In this document: positions 1-7,845 of the stretch, piece after piece
Position numbering within the stretch: position 1 is the first letter of the stretch
Layout of the letters: every line of letters starts with the position of its first letter
Origin: Erysipelotrichaceae bacterium
GTDB lineage: Bacteria; Bacillota_I; Bacilli_A; Erysipelotrichales; Erysipelotrichaceae
Length of the DNA stretch: 64,000 bases
Direction: 5' to 3'
Assembly: GCA_017533785.1 (NCBI GenBank)
Contig: JAFWII010000007.1
Coordinates: forward strand, 20,349 to 84,348
Program-made: the position numbers and the translations under genes
The notes under the pieces: generated by a model
What the model saw: only the letters and a program-made list of their open reading frames with translations
The model's database searches: none
What the model was told of the DNA's origin: nothing

Positions 1-1
1 G

Positions 2-604
2 ATCGCTTACGCGCTGGAAAAGCATCCGGAAGTCCGGCTGCTGGAACTGCCGAAATATCCCGGTTTCGCCGAAGGAAAGAACGGTCTGAGCGGCTGTGTG
101 CGACTGTATCCCCACAGACTGCGCGGAGAGGGTCATTTTGCGGCTTTGCTGGAAAAGACGGGAGAACATGCGCCGAAAGAAAAAACGCCGGAAAAGCCGG
201 CGGAGATCCCTGAGATCCTGAAGGGTTTCCGTCATCCGTTCAGGAACGGTTCCTTCCGGCAGATCGGCCAGAAGCTCTATTTCCTGCCGGAGGATCTGGA
301 AGGTCTTGAAAAACTCCGGGTCCTGCGTTCCGGACTGTTGATCGGGGAATTCAACAAAGACCGCTTTGATTTCGCGCACAGCTTTGCGCTGGCGCTGAAA
401 AAGGAAGAATACGATAACGTTCTGGATCTTCGCGCTAACGATATCCGGACAGTGAAATACCTGAAAGGGGAAACGGTCGAGGATGATTCCGGCCTGAAAG
501 ACGGACTGGTCCTCGTCTGCGTCGACTCCTTCCCGCTCGGTTTCGCGCAAAACAAAGGCGGAACGCTGAAAAACAAATATCCGAAAGAAAGAAGGATGCG
601 CTGA
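2..604 (+). CDS. rRNA cytosine-C5 methyltransferase (RsmF / NOL1-NOP2-Sun family), C-terminal part; 5' end outside window
   Basis: Frame open from window edge (IAYALEKHPEVRLLELP...); RLYPHRLRGEGHFAALLEK resembles RsmF C-terminal domain; stop overlaps next start (TGATG). Confidence 0.55.
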   Translation: MAYALEKHPEVRLLELPKYPGFAEGKNGLSGCVRLYPHRLRGEGHFAALLEKTGEHAPKEKTPEKPAEIPEILKGFRHPFRNGSFRQIGQKLYFLPEDLEGLEKLRVLRSGLLIGEFNKDRFDFAHSFALALKKEEYDNVLDLRANDIRTVKYLKGETVEDDSGLKDGLVLVCVDSFPLGFAQNKGGTLKNKYPKERRMR

Positions 605-1302
605 TGCGGCTGGACAAATATCTGGCGGACATGTCGCTGGGCACCCGCAGCGAAGTAAAGGAACTGATCCGCAAAGGGAAGATCACCGTCAACGGAAAGA
701 CGGTCAAAGACGCATCCCTGCAGATCAAAGAGAGCGACTCTGTCGCCTGCGAAGGACAGGAAGTGTCCTATGTCGAATGCGAATACTATCTTCTAAATAA
801 GCCGAAGGGCTATATCTGCGCTCTGGAAGACAAGCGTCATCCGGTGATCATGGAACTGATCCGCTCCCGGCGCAAGGATCTTGTGCCGGTCGGCCGGCTC
901 GATCTCGATACCGAGGGAGCGATCCTGCTCACCAACGACGGGCAGCTGAACCATTTCCTGCTGTCGCCGAAAAACCATGTTCCGAAGACCTATTATGCCG
1001 AGACAGACAAACCGATCCCGGAAGAGGCGCCGGAACTGTTTGAAAAGGGGCTCGATCTCGGTGACTTCACCTCTGCTCCCGCACGGCTGAAGATCCTCGG
1101 GGAAAACAAAGCGGAGCTGACGATCCACGAGGGCAAGTTCCATCAGGTAAAACGGATGTTTGAAAAAGTCGGCTGCACCGTGACCTGTCTGCGGCGCCTC
1201 CGCTTCGGCGAACTGACGCTCGACGGTCTGCAGACAGGCGAATTCCGCAGTCTGACGGAAGAGGAAATCAAGACATTAAAAAAAGATCAGCCAAGCGACT
1301 GA
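604..1302 (+). CDS. rsuA: pseudouridine synthase, RsuA/RluB family, with N-terminal S4 domain
   Basis: S4-like MRLDKYLADMSLGTRSEVKELIRKGKITVNGK; catalytic GRLDLDTEGAILLTNDG; KFHQVKRMF. Confidence 0.85.
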   Translation: MRLDKYLADMSLGTRSEVKELIRKGKITVNGKTVKDASLQIKESDSVACEGQEVSYVECEYYLLNKPKGYICALEDKRHPVIMELIRSRRKDLVPVGRLDLDTEGAILLTNDGQLNHFLLSPKNHVPKTYYAETDKPIPEEAPELFEKGLDLGDFTSAPARLKILGENKAELTIHEGKFHQVKRMFEKVGCTVTCLRRLRFGELTLDGLQTGEFRSLTEEEIKTLKKDQPSD

Positions 1303-3017
1303 TACAGTGCGAGGTTGATCTTTTTCATTCTCAGTTTATCGACTTTGCAGATGGCACGGTCGTAGGTGAACAGGCCGTTGCATTCGTCTTCGACGTCGCT
1401 GACCTGGGTGTAGATCGCGCCGCAGAGACCTTTGGCGATATGGGCGCGGACATCGCGCTCATAGAGCTTCTCAAGTCCCGCCATATAAGCTTCCCTGTCC
1501 TTGTAGTTCTTGTAGCCGCCTGGATGTTCGGATTCGACGTGATCCTTTTCGACGAAGGCGTAGCCGCCGAATTCGCTCAGCAGGACGATCCGGTCATCCT
1601 GCGAACTGCGGAAGGCGTAGGGACGGAAATAGATGTGCTTTGACAGGAAATCGCCGGTCTTCTGGTCGAACCAGCCGCTGGTCGAATCGATCAGCCGCTG
1701 CGGATCCTTCCGGCGCATGAATTCTGTAACTTTGACGGCATCGAACTGGCCCCAGCCCTCGTTGAACGGGACCCAGCCGCATAAGGATACGCAGTCATGC
1801 AGCTGCGTCATGATCTCTCCGGTCTCGCGGTAATACTGTTCGCGTCCGCTCTCGCTCTCACGGGCGAAGCGTTTGTACTGATCGTCCTTATGGTGGATGC
1901 CGAGCGTTCCTTCGACCATCGTCAGGAATTTGGAATAGCGGCTGCCGCCGTTGGGGATATCCTGAAAAACGAGGATGCCGAGACGGTCGCAGTGATAATA
2001 CCAGCGCCGGCATTCGACCTTGACATGTTTGCGCAGGAAGTTGAAACCCATCTCCTTGACTGCGTTCAGTTCATCGGTCAGCGCCTGTTCGCTCGGGAAG
2101 GTATAGATGCTTTCGGCGATATAGCCCTGGTCGAGCAGTCCGCTCAGGAAGACAGGCTTATGGTTGAGACAGAAGCGGTCAAGACCGCTGCGGTCTTTTT
2201 CCTTGGTGAAGCAGCGCATGCCGAAATAGGAACGGACTTCGTCGTCTTCCGTGTTCAGCACAAGATCGTACAGGAAGGGGTCTTCGCAGGTCCACGGCCG
2301 GAAATCCGGCAGTGGAACGGAGAAGTCCTTTTCCGCGCTCGCGATCTCGGCAACGGTCTTTCCCTCCGTCAGGACGCGGACGCGGACATTTTTAAAGTTT
2401 CCCTTCAGATGCAGAGACAGCTTCGCCTTGTCGTAAAGAGGAACGATCTTCAGGTCTTCGACCGCCTCTGCCGGCAGTTCCTCGATCCAGACGCTCTGCC
2501 AGATGCCGGCAGTCGGGGTATAGAAGATGCCGCCGTGTTTCAGCGCCTGTTTGCCGTAAAGGCAGTCGCCGGTGTTGGTATAGTCGCGGACGCGGACTTC
2601 CAGAAGGTTCTGCTCCTGCAGGACATCGCCGATCTCAAAGGAGAAGGCGGTATAGCCGCCGCTGTGGCTTCCCAGCGTCTTGCCGTTCAGCGTAACTTCA
2701 GCGATCTGGTCAACGGCTTCGAAATGTAGGAGCGCACGTTGTTTTGTTTTTGCGAAGGAGAATTCCCTGCGGCAGATCAGGGTCTCTTCCGGCTGCAGGA
2801 TACGGGTCACGCCGGATAACGGCGAGCCGGCCGGATAGGGGATCAGGATCGTGCCTTCCTCCAGGGAACGTCCGCCGGCGTCCAGAACGGTGTACTGCCA
2901 GCTGCCGTTGAGACAGAAGAAAGAATCGCGGACGAACTGCGGCCGCGGATATTCGCTCAGAGGACAGTTTCTGTCGATGGTATTGCTGTAAGGTGTTTTC
3001 AGTTTCATCGATTTCAT
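1287..3017 (-). CDS. glycoside hydrolase family 2 (beta-galactosidase/beta-glucuronidase-like)
   Basis: ORF trimmed to ATG 3017 (MKSMKLKTPY; alternative ATG 3008); GH2-like GIWQSVWIE, NFLRKHVKVE, VPFNEGWGQFD. Confidence 0.8.
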   Translation of the reverse strand: MKSMKLKTPYSNTIDRNCPLSEYPRPQFVRDSFFCLNGSWQYTVLDAGGRSLEEGTILIPYPAGSPLSGVTRILQPEETLICRREFSFAKTKQRALLHFEAVDQIAEVTLNGKTLGSHSGGYTAFSFEIGDVLQEQNLLEVRVRDYTNTGDCLYGKQALKHGGIFYTPTAGIWQSVWIEELPAEAVEDLKIVPLYDKAKLSLHLKGNFKNVRVRVLTEGKTVAEIASAEKDFSVPLPDFRPWTCEDPFLYDLVLNTEDDEVRSYFGMRCFTKEKDRSGLDRFCLNHKPVFLSGLLDQGYIAESIYTFPSEQALTDELNAVKEMGFNFLRKHVKVECRRWYYHCDRLGILVFQDIPNGGSRYSKFLTMVEGTLGIHHKDDQYKRFARESESGREQYYRETGEIMTQLHDCVSLCGWVPFNEGWGQFDAVKVTEFMRRKDPQRLIDSTSGWFDQKTGDFLSKHIYFRPYAFRSSQDDRIVLLSEFGGYAFVEKDHVESEHPGGYKNYKDREAYMAGLEKLYERDVRAHIAKGLCGAIYTQVSDVEDECNGLFTYDRAICKVDKLRMKKINLALYQSLG

Positions 3018-3021
3018 TATA
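3016..3021 (-). promoter_or_regulatory. -10 box TATAAT overlapping first ATG, 7 nt upstream of second ATG (3008) of GH2 gene; no SD
   Basis: minus strand reads GCGC TATAAT GAAATCG ATG. Confidence 0.4.
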
Positions 3022-3081
3022 GCGCGAAAGCGCTGTGCAGGGTTTTTGACATGCGGAAGAAAAGGGAAGAAAATAGAAAAG

Positions 3082-3474
3082 ATGAAAACGATCGATGTAG
3101 TGGCGGCGGTGATCCGCGCGCAGAACAGGATCTTCGCGACACAGCGCGGGTACGGCGAATTCAAGGACGGATGGGAGTTTCCCGGCGGAAAGATCGAGAC
3201 TGGGGAAACGCCGGAGCAGGCGCTGAAACGCGAGATCCGGGAAGAACTCGACACCGAGATCGCCGTCGGTGAAAAGATCCTGACCGTCGAACAGGAATAT
3301 CCGTCTTTTTATCTGCGCATGCACTGTTACTGGGCGGAGATCATTTCCGGTGAACTCGAACTGAAAGAAGCGGAAAACGCCTGCTGGCTCGGCAGGGAGG
3401 AACTCTACAGCGTGGAATGGCTGCCGGCGGATCTCGAAGTCGTCAAAGTGGTGGAACAGGCTCTGACGGAATAA
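3082..3474 (+). CDS. Nudix hydrolase (MutT / 8-oxo-dGTP or CTP pyrophosphohydrolase-like)
   Basis: Nudix box GGKIETGETPEQALKREIREELD; start moved to ATG 3082 (MKTIDVVAAV). Confidence 0.85.
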   Translation: MKTIDVVAAVIRAQNRIFATQRGYGEFKDGWEFPGGKIETGETPEQALKREIREELDTEIAVGEKILTVEQEYPSFYLRMHCYWAEIISGELELKEAENACWLGREELYSVEWLPADLEVVKVVEQALTE

Positions 3475-3485
3475 AACGAAGACAA

Positions 3486-3528
3486 AAAAAGATCTGCATG
3501 CCGCAGAAAGCGGAAAACAGATCTTTTT
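3486..3528. terminator. bidirectional intrinsic terminator between convergent Nudix and HTH-HD genes
   Basis: AAAAAGATCTG ... CAGATCTTTTT arms with inner CCGC/GCGG, A-run and T-run on either side. Confidence 0.75.
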
Positions 3529-3532
3529 CTTT

Positions 3533-4345
3533 TTATAACATGCGTTTATAAATATCCAGCATGCTTTTCATCTGGTAGCCGAGCAGCCAGGCGGCGTCGT
3601 TGTATTCCGGTGTCTTTTTCAGCACGTCCAGCAGGGGCAGGATGTCTCTTTCGGTCTCTTCGATGTATTCACAGATCTTGCTGCGGCTGAAGCCCCAGGA
3701 CATCGTCGTCAGGTTGTTGCAGCGGTCAAGACACTTGATCAGAGCGGCTTTTGGGTTTTCTCTTAAGCCGGCAAAATACTTTTCCAGCATTTTCACTTTA
3801 TCCGGGCTGTCTTTCTGCTTGGTCATCCGGGCGACCAGGTCTTTCGCTTCCTCGCCGACCGGCAGGTCCTCCAGTGTGTATTCCGTATCTTCGACAACAT
3901 CGTGCAGCAGACAGGCGGCGACCAGAGCGTCGTCATGGAAACCCAGCGCCAGCGCGTGGCAGGCGACGTTCAGCGGATGGTAGATGTACGGGATATCGGT
4001 ATTTTTACGCGGTACGCCGTAGTGTGCTTTTTCCGCGAAATCGACGGCTTTCAGGGTATCGGTCATCTTCAGGCTCTTGGCGGTCGTCTTGATGAAGGTC
4101 TTCATATGTGTCCAGTCGTAAAGCGCATCGGTCGTTTTGAAATTGTAGACCCGCTCTTCCGTCAGATAGGACAGGGATACGTCGAATTCCTTCGCCAGAG
4201 CGAACAGCTTGGCTGTGTCCGGCAGATATTCATCGCGTTCCCAGGAGGAGACTGCCTGGAAGGAGACGTTCAGTTTCTCTCCCAGCTTCTCCTGTGTCAT
4301 CTTCTTCTCTTCTCTCAAACTGCGGATCCTGCTTCCCAGACTCAT
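3533..4345 (-). CDS. XRE-family HTH domain fused to RelA/SpoT-type HD (alarmone hydrolase-like) domain
   Basis: N-term LREEKKMTQEKLGEKLNVSFQAVSSWERDEYLP (HTH_3-like); C-term HPLNVACHAL...LLHDVVEDT and DRCNNLTTM match H..HD..ED and DR..N motifs of RSH hydrolase domains; SD GGGAGG 7 nt upstream. Confidence 0.75.
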   Translation of the reverse strand: MSLGSRIRSLREEKKMTQEKLGEKLNVSFQAVSSWERDEYLPDTAKLFALAKEFDVSLSYLTEERVYNFKTTDALYDWTHMKTFIKTTAKSLKMTDTLKAVDFAEKAHYGVPRKNTDIPYIYHPLNVACHALALGFHDDALVAACLLHDVVEDTEYTLEDLPVGEEAKDLVARMTKQKDSPDKVKMLEKYFAGLRENPKAALIKCLDRCNNLTTMSWGFSRSKICEYIEETERDILPLLDVLKKTPEYNDAAWLLGYQMKSMLDIYKRML

Positions 4346-4429
4346 GGCAAGTACCTCCCTTACGCTTTTATTATAGGTAAATAATTAAGTCTCCGCCATC
4401 ATGCGGAGCATGAATAGCAACATGAGGAT

Positions 4430-4444
4430 TCAAGTGATACTTGA
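4430..4444. promoter_or_regulatory. perfect palindrome TCAAGT-GAT-ACTTGA upstream of HTH-HD gene (candidate autoregulatory operator)
   Basis: 6-bp inverted arms, 85 bp upstream of the start codon at 4345. Confidence 0.3.
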
Positions 4445-4456
4445 GTGATGAAATCA

Positions 4457-4486
4457 ATAGAAAAGCGTGACCGCATGGATCACGCT
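4457..4486 (-). terminator. intrinsic terminator of the feo operon
   Basis: minus strand AGCGTGA-9 nt loop-TCACGCT followed by TTTTCTATT. Confidence 0.75.
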
Positions 4487-4496
4487 TCGGCTTTTT

Positions 4497-4667
4497 TTAT
4501 ATTGCTGAGCACTTGCGCTTATTCGTCTTCCCGCAGTACTTGCCGATCGGGCAGGTCGTGCAGGCGACTCTTTCACTGCGCAGTTCTCTGACTGCCCAGC
4601 AGATGACGAGTCCGAGAACGATCAGTACCGCGATCGTTCCCAGATTATCGGCAAGAAGCTTAAGCAT
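4497..4667 (-). CDS. FeoB-associated Cys-rich membrane micro-protein (56 aa, below the ORF-track cutoff)
   Basis: MLKLLADNLGTIAVLIVLGLVICWAVRELRSERVACTTCPIGKYCGKTNKRKCSAI; one TM helix plus 5-Cys tail; ATG overlaps feoB stop (AATGCTTAA). Confidence 0.7.
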   Translation of the reverse strand: MLKLLADNLGTIAVLIVLGLVICWAVRELRSERVACTTCPIGKYCGKTNKRKCSAI

Positions 4668-6819
4668 TTACCGCTTCGAGGTTATGCTTCGGCTTACGGA
4701 CTAGAGCCCAGACGAAGACTGCGAGAACTGCAACAGCGAGGATCGTCCAGAAGTTGAAGATCTTGTAGACCAGCAGGTTGCCGAGATGGTAGAGGATGAA
4801 GGCGATGACATAGGCATAGCCGCATTCCCAGGCGATGGCGAACCAGGTCCACTTGCGGTCGTTCATTTCTCTCTTGATCGCACCGATCGCGGCGAAGCAC
4901 GGCGCGCATAAGAGGTTGAAGGCTAACAGGGAGTAGGCTGCGGTCTTGGTGTAGCTGGAAGCGAACTGCGCCCAGAATTCGACACCTTCCTCGGATTCGA
5001 CGACTGTACGGAAGAGGATACCGAAGGTACCGACGACATTCTCCTTCGCAACGAGTCCGGTGAGGGTCGCGACGGTGGAGCGCCAGTCGCCGAAGCCCAG
5101 CGGAGCGAAGATCAGACCGAAGATGCTGCCGAGTTTTGCGGCGATCGAACTGTCGACGAGACCTGCTTCGATCGCTTCTTCCGCTTCGATATCAAGATAT
5201 CCGAAGACACCGTTGTCCCATCCGAAGTGGGTGATGAAATGAACGAAGATCGTGGAAAGCAGGATGATCGTTCCGGCTTTCTTGACGAAGGCAGTAGCTC
5301 TTTCCCAGACGGAATGGAAGACGTTGCTGAGACGCGGCATATGGTAAGCCGGCAGTTCCATGACGAACGGAGCCGGATCACCTTCAAACATTCTGGTCTT
5401 CTTCAGGATGATACCGGAGGTAACGATCGCGAAGACGCCCAGGAAGTAGGCACTGACACCGACCAGACCGGATTCACCGAAGACTGCGCCGGCGATCATC
5501 GCGATGACCGGGAGTTTGGCGGAGCAGGGGATGAAGGTCGTGGTCATGACGGTCATACGGCGGTCTCTTTCAGATTCGATCGTACGGCTGGCCATAACAC
5601 CGGGCACGCCGCAGCCGGTACCGATCATCATCGGGATGAAGGATTTGCCGCTGAGGCCGAAACGGCGGAAGATACGGTCCATGATGAAGGCGATACGCGC
5701 CATATAGCCGCATTCTTCAAGAAGAGCCAGACAGATGAACAGGACGATCATCTGCGGTAAGAAACCGAGGACCGAACCGACACCGGCGATGATACCGTTG
5801 ACGATCAGGGAACTCAACCAGTCAGCACAGTTGATGCTGGCAAGGAAGGATTCGACAGCCGGCGGAATGATATCGCCGAACAGGACGTCGTTGACCCAGT
5901 CGGTACCCATCGTACCGACGGTCTGGATCGAGAGATAGTAGACCAGGAACATGACGACTGCGAAGATCGGGAGCGCAGCGAAACGGTTGGTTACGATGCG
6001 GTCGATCTTATCGGATGTGGTCAGATGGCCTTTGTTCTTTTTCTTATAGGAAGCGGCAGTGACTTTCTCGATGTATTCGTAGCGGTTGCCGGTGATGATC
6101 GATTCGGCGTCGTCGTCGTATTTGCTTTCGACTGCCTTGATCTCTTTTTCGATATGATCGAGAACATCCTTGGCAACGCCGAGCTTTTCGATCGCTTTTT
6201 CATCTCTCTCAAACAGTTTGATCGAGTAGAAGCGTTTCTTGGATTCCGGAACGTTTGCCAGCGCGCTCTCTTCGATGTGCGCCAGGCAGTGCTCGACTTC
6301 AGCAGAGAAGGGGTGTTCGCTCTTCGGAGTGCTCTTCTTTGCGATCAGTTCTTTGACGGCGGTGACGGCATCGTCCGTGTTGGTCTTGTTGACTGCGGAC
6401 ATCAGCACGACTTTCGCGCCGAACGCTTTTTCAAGTTCCGCCGTATTGACGGTGTCGCCGTTCTTCTCGATGACATCGGCCATGTTGATGGCGATGACCA
6501 TCGGGATATTCAGCTCTGTCAGCTGGGTCGTCAGATACAGGTTACGTTCAAGGTTCGTACCGTCGACGATGTTGATGATACCGTCCGGGTCTTCGTCGAG
6601 CAGATAGTTACGGGCAACGACTTCCTCCAGTGTGTACGGAGAAAGGGAATAGATGCCCGGAAGGTCGGTGATGATGACATCCTTATCCTTGCGGTAGCGT
6701 CCTTCTTTCTTTTCGACTGTGACACCCGGCCAGTTGCCGACATACTGATTGGATCCGGTCAGGGCATTGAATAATGTAGTTTTGCCGCTGTTCGGGTTAC
6801 CGGCTAATGCGATCTTCAT
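4660..6819 (-). CDS. feoB: ferrous iron transporter FeoB
   Basis: G-domain GNPNSGKTTLFNALTG, DLPGIYSL; long polytopic C-terminal region; downstream of two feoA. Confidence 0.95.
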   Translation of the reverse strand: MKIALAGNPNSGKTTLFNALTGSNQYVGNWPGVTVEKKEGRYRKDKDVIITDLPGIYSLSPYTLEEVVARNYLLDEDPDGIINIVDGTNLERNLYLTTQLTELNIPMVIAINMADVIEKNGDTVNTAELEKAFGAKVVLMSAVNKTNTDDAVTAVKELIAKKSTPKSEHPFSAEVEHCLAHIEESALANVPESKKRFYSIKLFERDEKAIEKLGVAKDVLDHIEKEIKAVESKYDDDAESIITGNRYEYIEKVTAASYKKKNKGHLTTSDKIDRIVTNRFAALPIFAVVMFLVYYLSIQTVGTMGTDWVNDVLFGDIIPPAVESFLASINCADWLSSLIVNGIIAGVGSVLGFLPQMIVLFICLALLEECGYMARIAFIMDRIFRRFGLSGKSFIPMMIGTGCGVPGVMASRTIESERDRRMTVMTTTFIPCSAKLPVIAMIAGAVFGESGLVGVSAYFLGVFAIVTSGIILKKTRMFEGDPAPFVMELPAYHMPRLSNVFHSVWERATAFVKKAGTIILLSTIFVHFITHFGWDNGVFGYLDIEAEEAIEAGLVDSSIAAKLGSIFGLIFAPLGFGDWRSTVATLTGLVAKENVVGTFGILFRTVVESEEGVEFWAQFASSYTKTAAYSLLAFNLLCAPCFAAIGAIKREMNDRKWTWFAIAWECGYAYVIAFILYHLGNLLVYKIFNFWTILAVAVLAVFVWALVRKPKHNLEAVNA

Positions 6820-7067
6820 TCTGCGATCACCTCGACTTCCACCTGTTCGGCATCCTCTTTACGGATGCTGAGTTCATATCCGCGGATATTCAGTTCGATT
6901 GGATCACCGAGCGGTGCGACCTTGCGGACAAAGATCTCAACGCCTTTGGTGATTCCCATGTCCATGATGCGGCGGCGGACTGCCCCGGCACCATGGATCT
7001 TGATCACTTTCGCGCTTTCTCCAACGCTGACTTCTTTCAATGTCATAGATTCTCCCTCCCTAAACAA
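6816..7067 (-). CDS. feoA: FeoA family protein
   Basis: 83 aa, SH3-like FeoA pattern (LGDPIELNIRGYELSIRKEDA); 4-nt overlap with feoB. Confidence 0.85.
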   Translation of the reverse strand: MFREGESMTLKEVSVGESAKVIKIHGAGAVRRRIMDMGITKGVEIFVRKVAPLGDPIELNIRGYELSIRKEDAEQVEVEVIAE

Positions 7068-7269
7068 TGATCTTCATCGCCATCTCTTTTGAGATCGCGA
7101 CTCTGGATTCCTTGATGTTGACGATGATGTTGCCGTCGATCTGTGTGATGACTCGCACGAAGGCGCCGACAACAAAGCCGAGCTTCTCCAGATGGAGACG
7201 CAGATCCTGGCTTCCGCCGATGCGCTTGATCATCATCTCTTCATTCAGATTCGCTAAAGCTAAAGGCAT
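7060..7269 (-). CDS. feoA: FeoA family protein (second copy)
   Basis: 69 aa, LGFVVGAFVRVITQIDGNIIVNIKESRVAISKEMA; SD AAGGAG upstream. Confidence 0.8.
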   Translation of the reverse strand: MPLALANLNEEMMIKRIGGSQDLRLHLEKLGFVVGAFVRVITQIDGNIIVNIKESRVAISKEMAMKIIV

Positions 7270-7290
7270 TTTTGTCTCCTTCTTTCCGGT

Positions 7291-7308
7291 TGTTAGAATT
7301 ACCTAACA
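7291..7308. promoter_or_regulatory. DtxR/IdeR-like operator 1 (TGTTAG-N6-CTAACA)
   Basis: TGTTAGAATTACCTAACA, perfect 6-bp inverted arms, just downstream of the feoA -10 box. Confidence 0.6.
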
Positions 7309-7311
7309 AGA

Positions 7312-7340
7312 ATGTTAGCACCGCCTAACCTTGTTGTCAA
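7312..7340 (-). promoter_or_regulatory. feoA operon promoter TTGACA-N17-TAACAT
   Basis: minus strand TTGACA acaaggttaggcggtgc TAACAT, about 40 nt before the feoA ATG. Confidence 0.6.
7313..7329. promoter_or_regulatory. DtxR/IdeR-like operator 2 (TGTTAG-N6-CTAAC)
   Basis: TGTTAGCACCGCCTAAC overlaps the -10 box and spacer of the feoA promoter. Confidence 0.6.
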
Positions 7341-7425
7341 TGACTAACAAATAATGGCTTCTGTTATTCCGGGCATGGGTGGCAAAAATGATTATTTTCG
7401 GTAAAATAGATATAAGGAGCACGTC

Positions 7426-7794
7426 ATGAAAAGAGCAGAATCACTTGAAGACTACCTGAAAGCGATCTATACGCTTTCTCTGGATAAAAAGACCGTCCGT
7501 GCGATCGATGTCGCGAAGTATTTTTCCTATTCCCGTCCTACCGTTTCCGTAGCTTTGAAACAGTTCCGCGACGGCGGCTATCTGACAGTTGACGATTATG
7601 CGATCCACCTCACAGAGAAGGGCATGGAGATCGCGCTGAGCGTATTGGAACGCCACGAGGTCCTGGAACAGATCCTTATGAAGCTCGGCGTTGACAAAGA
7701 CACCGCCCATAACGACGCTCATCTGCTGGAGCACGACCTCAGCGACAAGAGCTTCGAAGCGGTTCGTAAAGCCGCAAAGAAAATGATGAAATAA
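7426..7794 (+). CDS. DtxR/MntR-family metal-dependent transcriptional repressor (short form, no SH3-like domain)
   Basis: SLEDYLKAIYTL...RAIDVAKYFSYSRPTVSVALKQFRDGGYL winged-helix plus dimerisation/metal region HEVLEQIL..HLLEH; divergent from feo. Confidence 0.85.
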   Translation: MKRAESLEDYLKAIYTLSLDKKTVRAIDVAKYFSYSRPTVSVALKQFRDGGYLTVDDYAIHLTEKGMEIALSVLERHEVLEQILMKLGVDKDTAHNDAHLLEHDLSDKSFEAVRKAAKKMMK

Positions 7795-7819
7795 AAAATC
7801 AGGCGCAGGCCTGATTTTT
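7795..7819. terminator. bidirectional intrinsic terminator
   Basis: AAAATCAGGC-GCAG-GCCTGATTTT between convergent genes. Confidence 0.8.
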
Positions 7820-7845
7820 ATGTGCATACGTCAGAGATGAAACGC

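Noticed and set aside
1287-1302. 16-bp overlap of the convergent 3' ends of rsuA and the GH2 gene, with no terminator
   Set aside because: It is real in the sequence, but it is a common consequence of compact genomes. I see no evidence of a regulatory role.
4660-4667. Identical AATGCTTAA stop/start junction at feoB/micro-ORF (4660-4667) and at micro-ORF/rnfB (36802-36810)
   Set aside because: This is a 9-nt identity with no extended similarity on either side, and is most likely coincidence. I note it only because both junctions involve TM/Cys-rich micro-ORFs.
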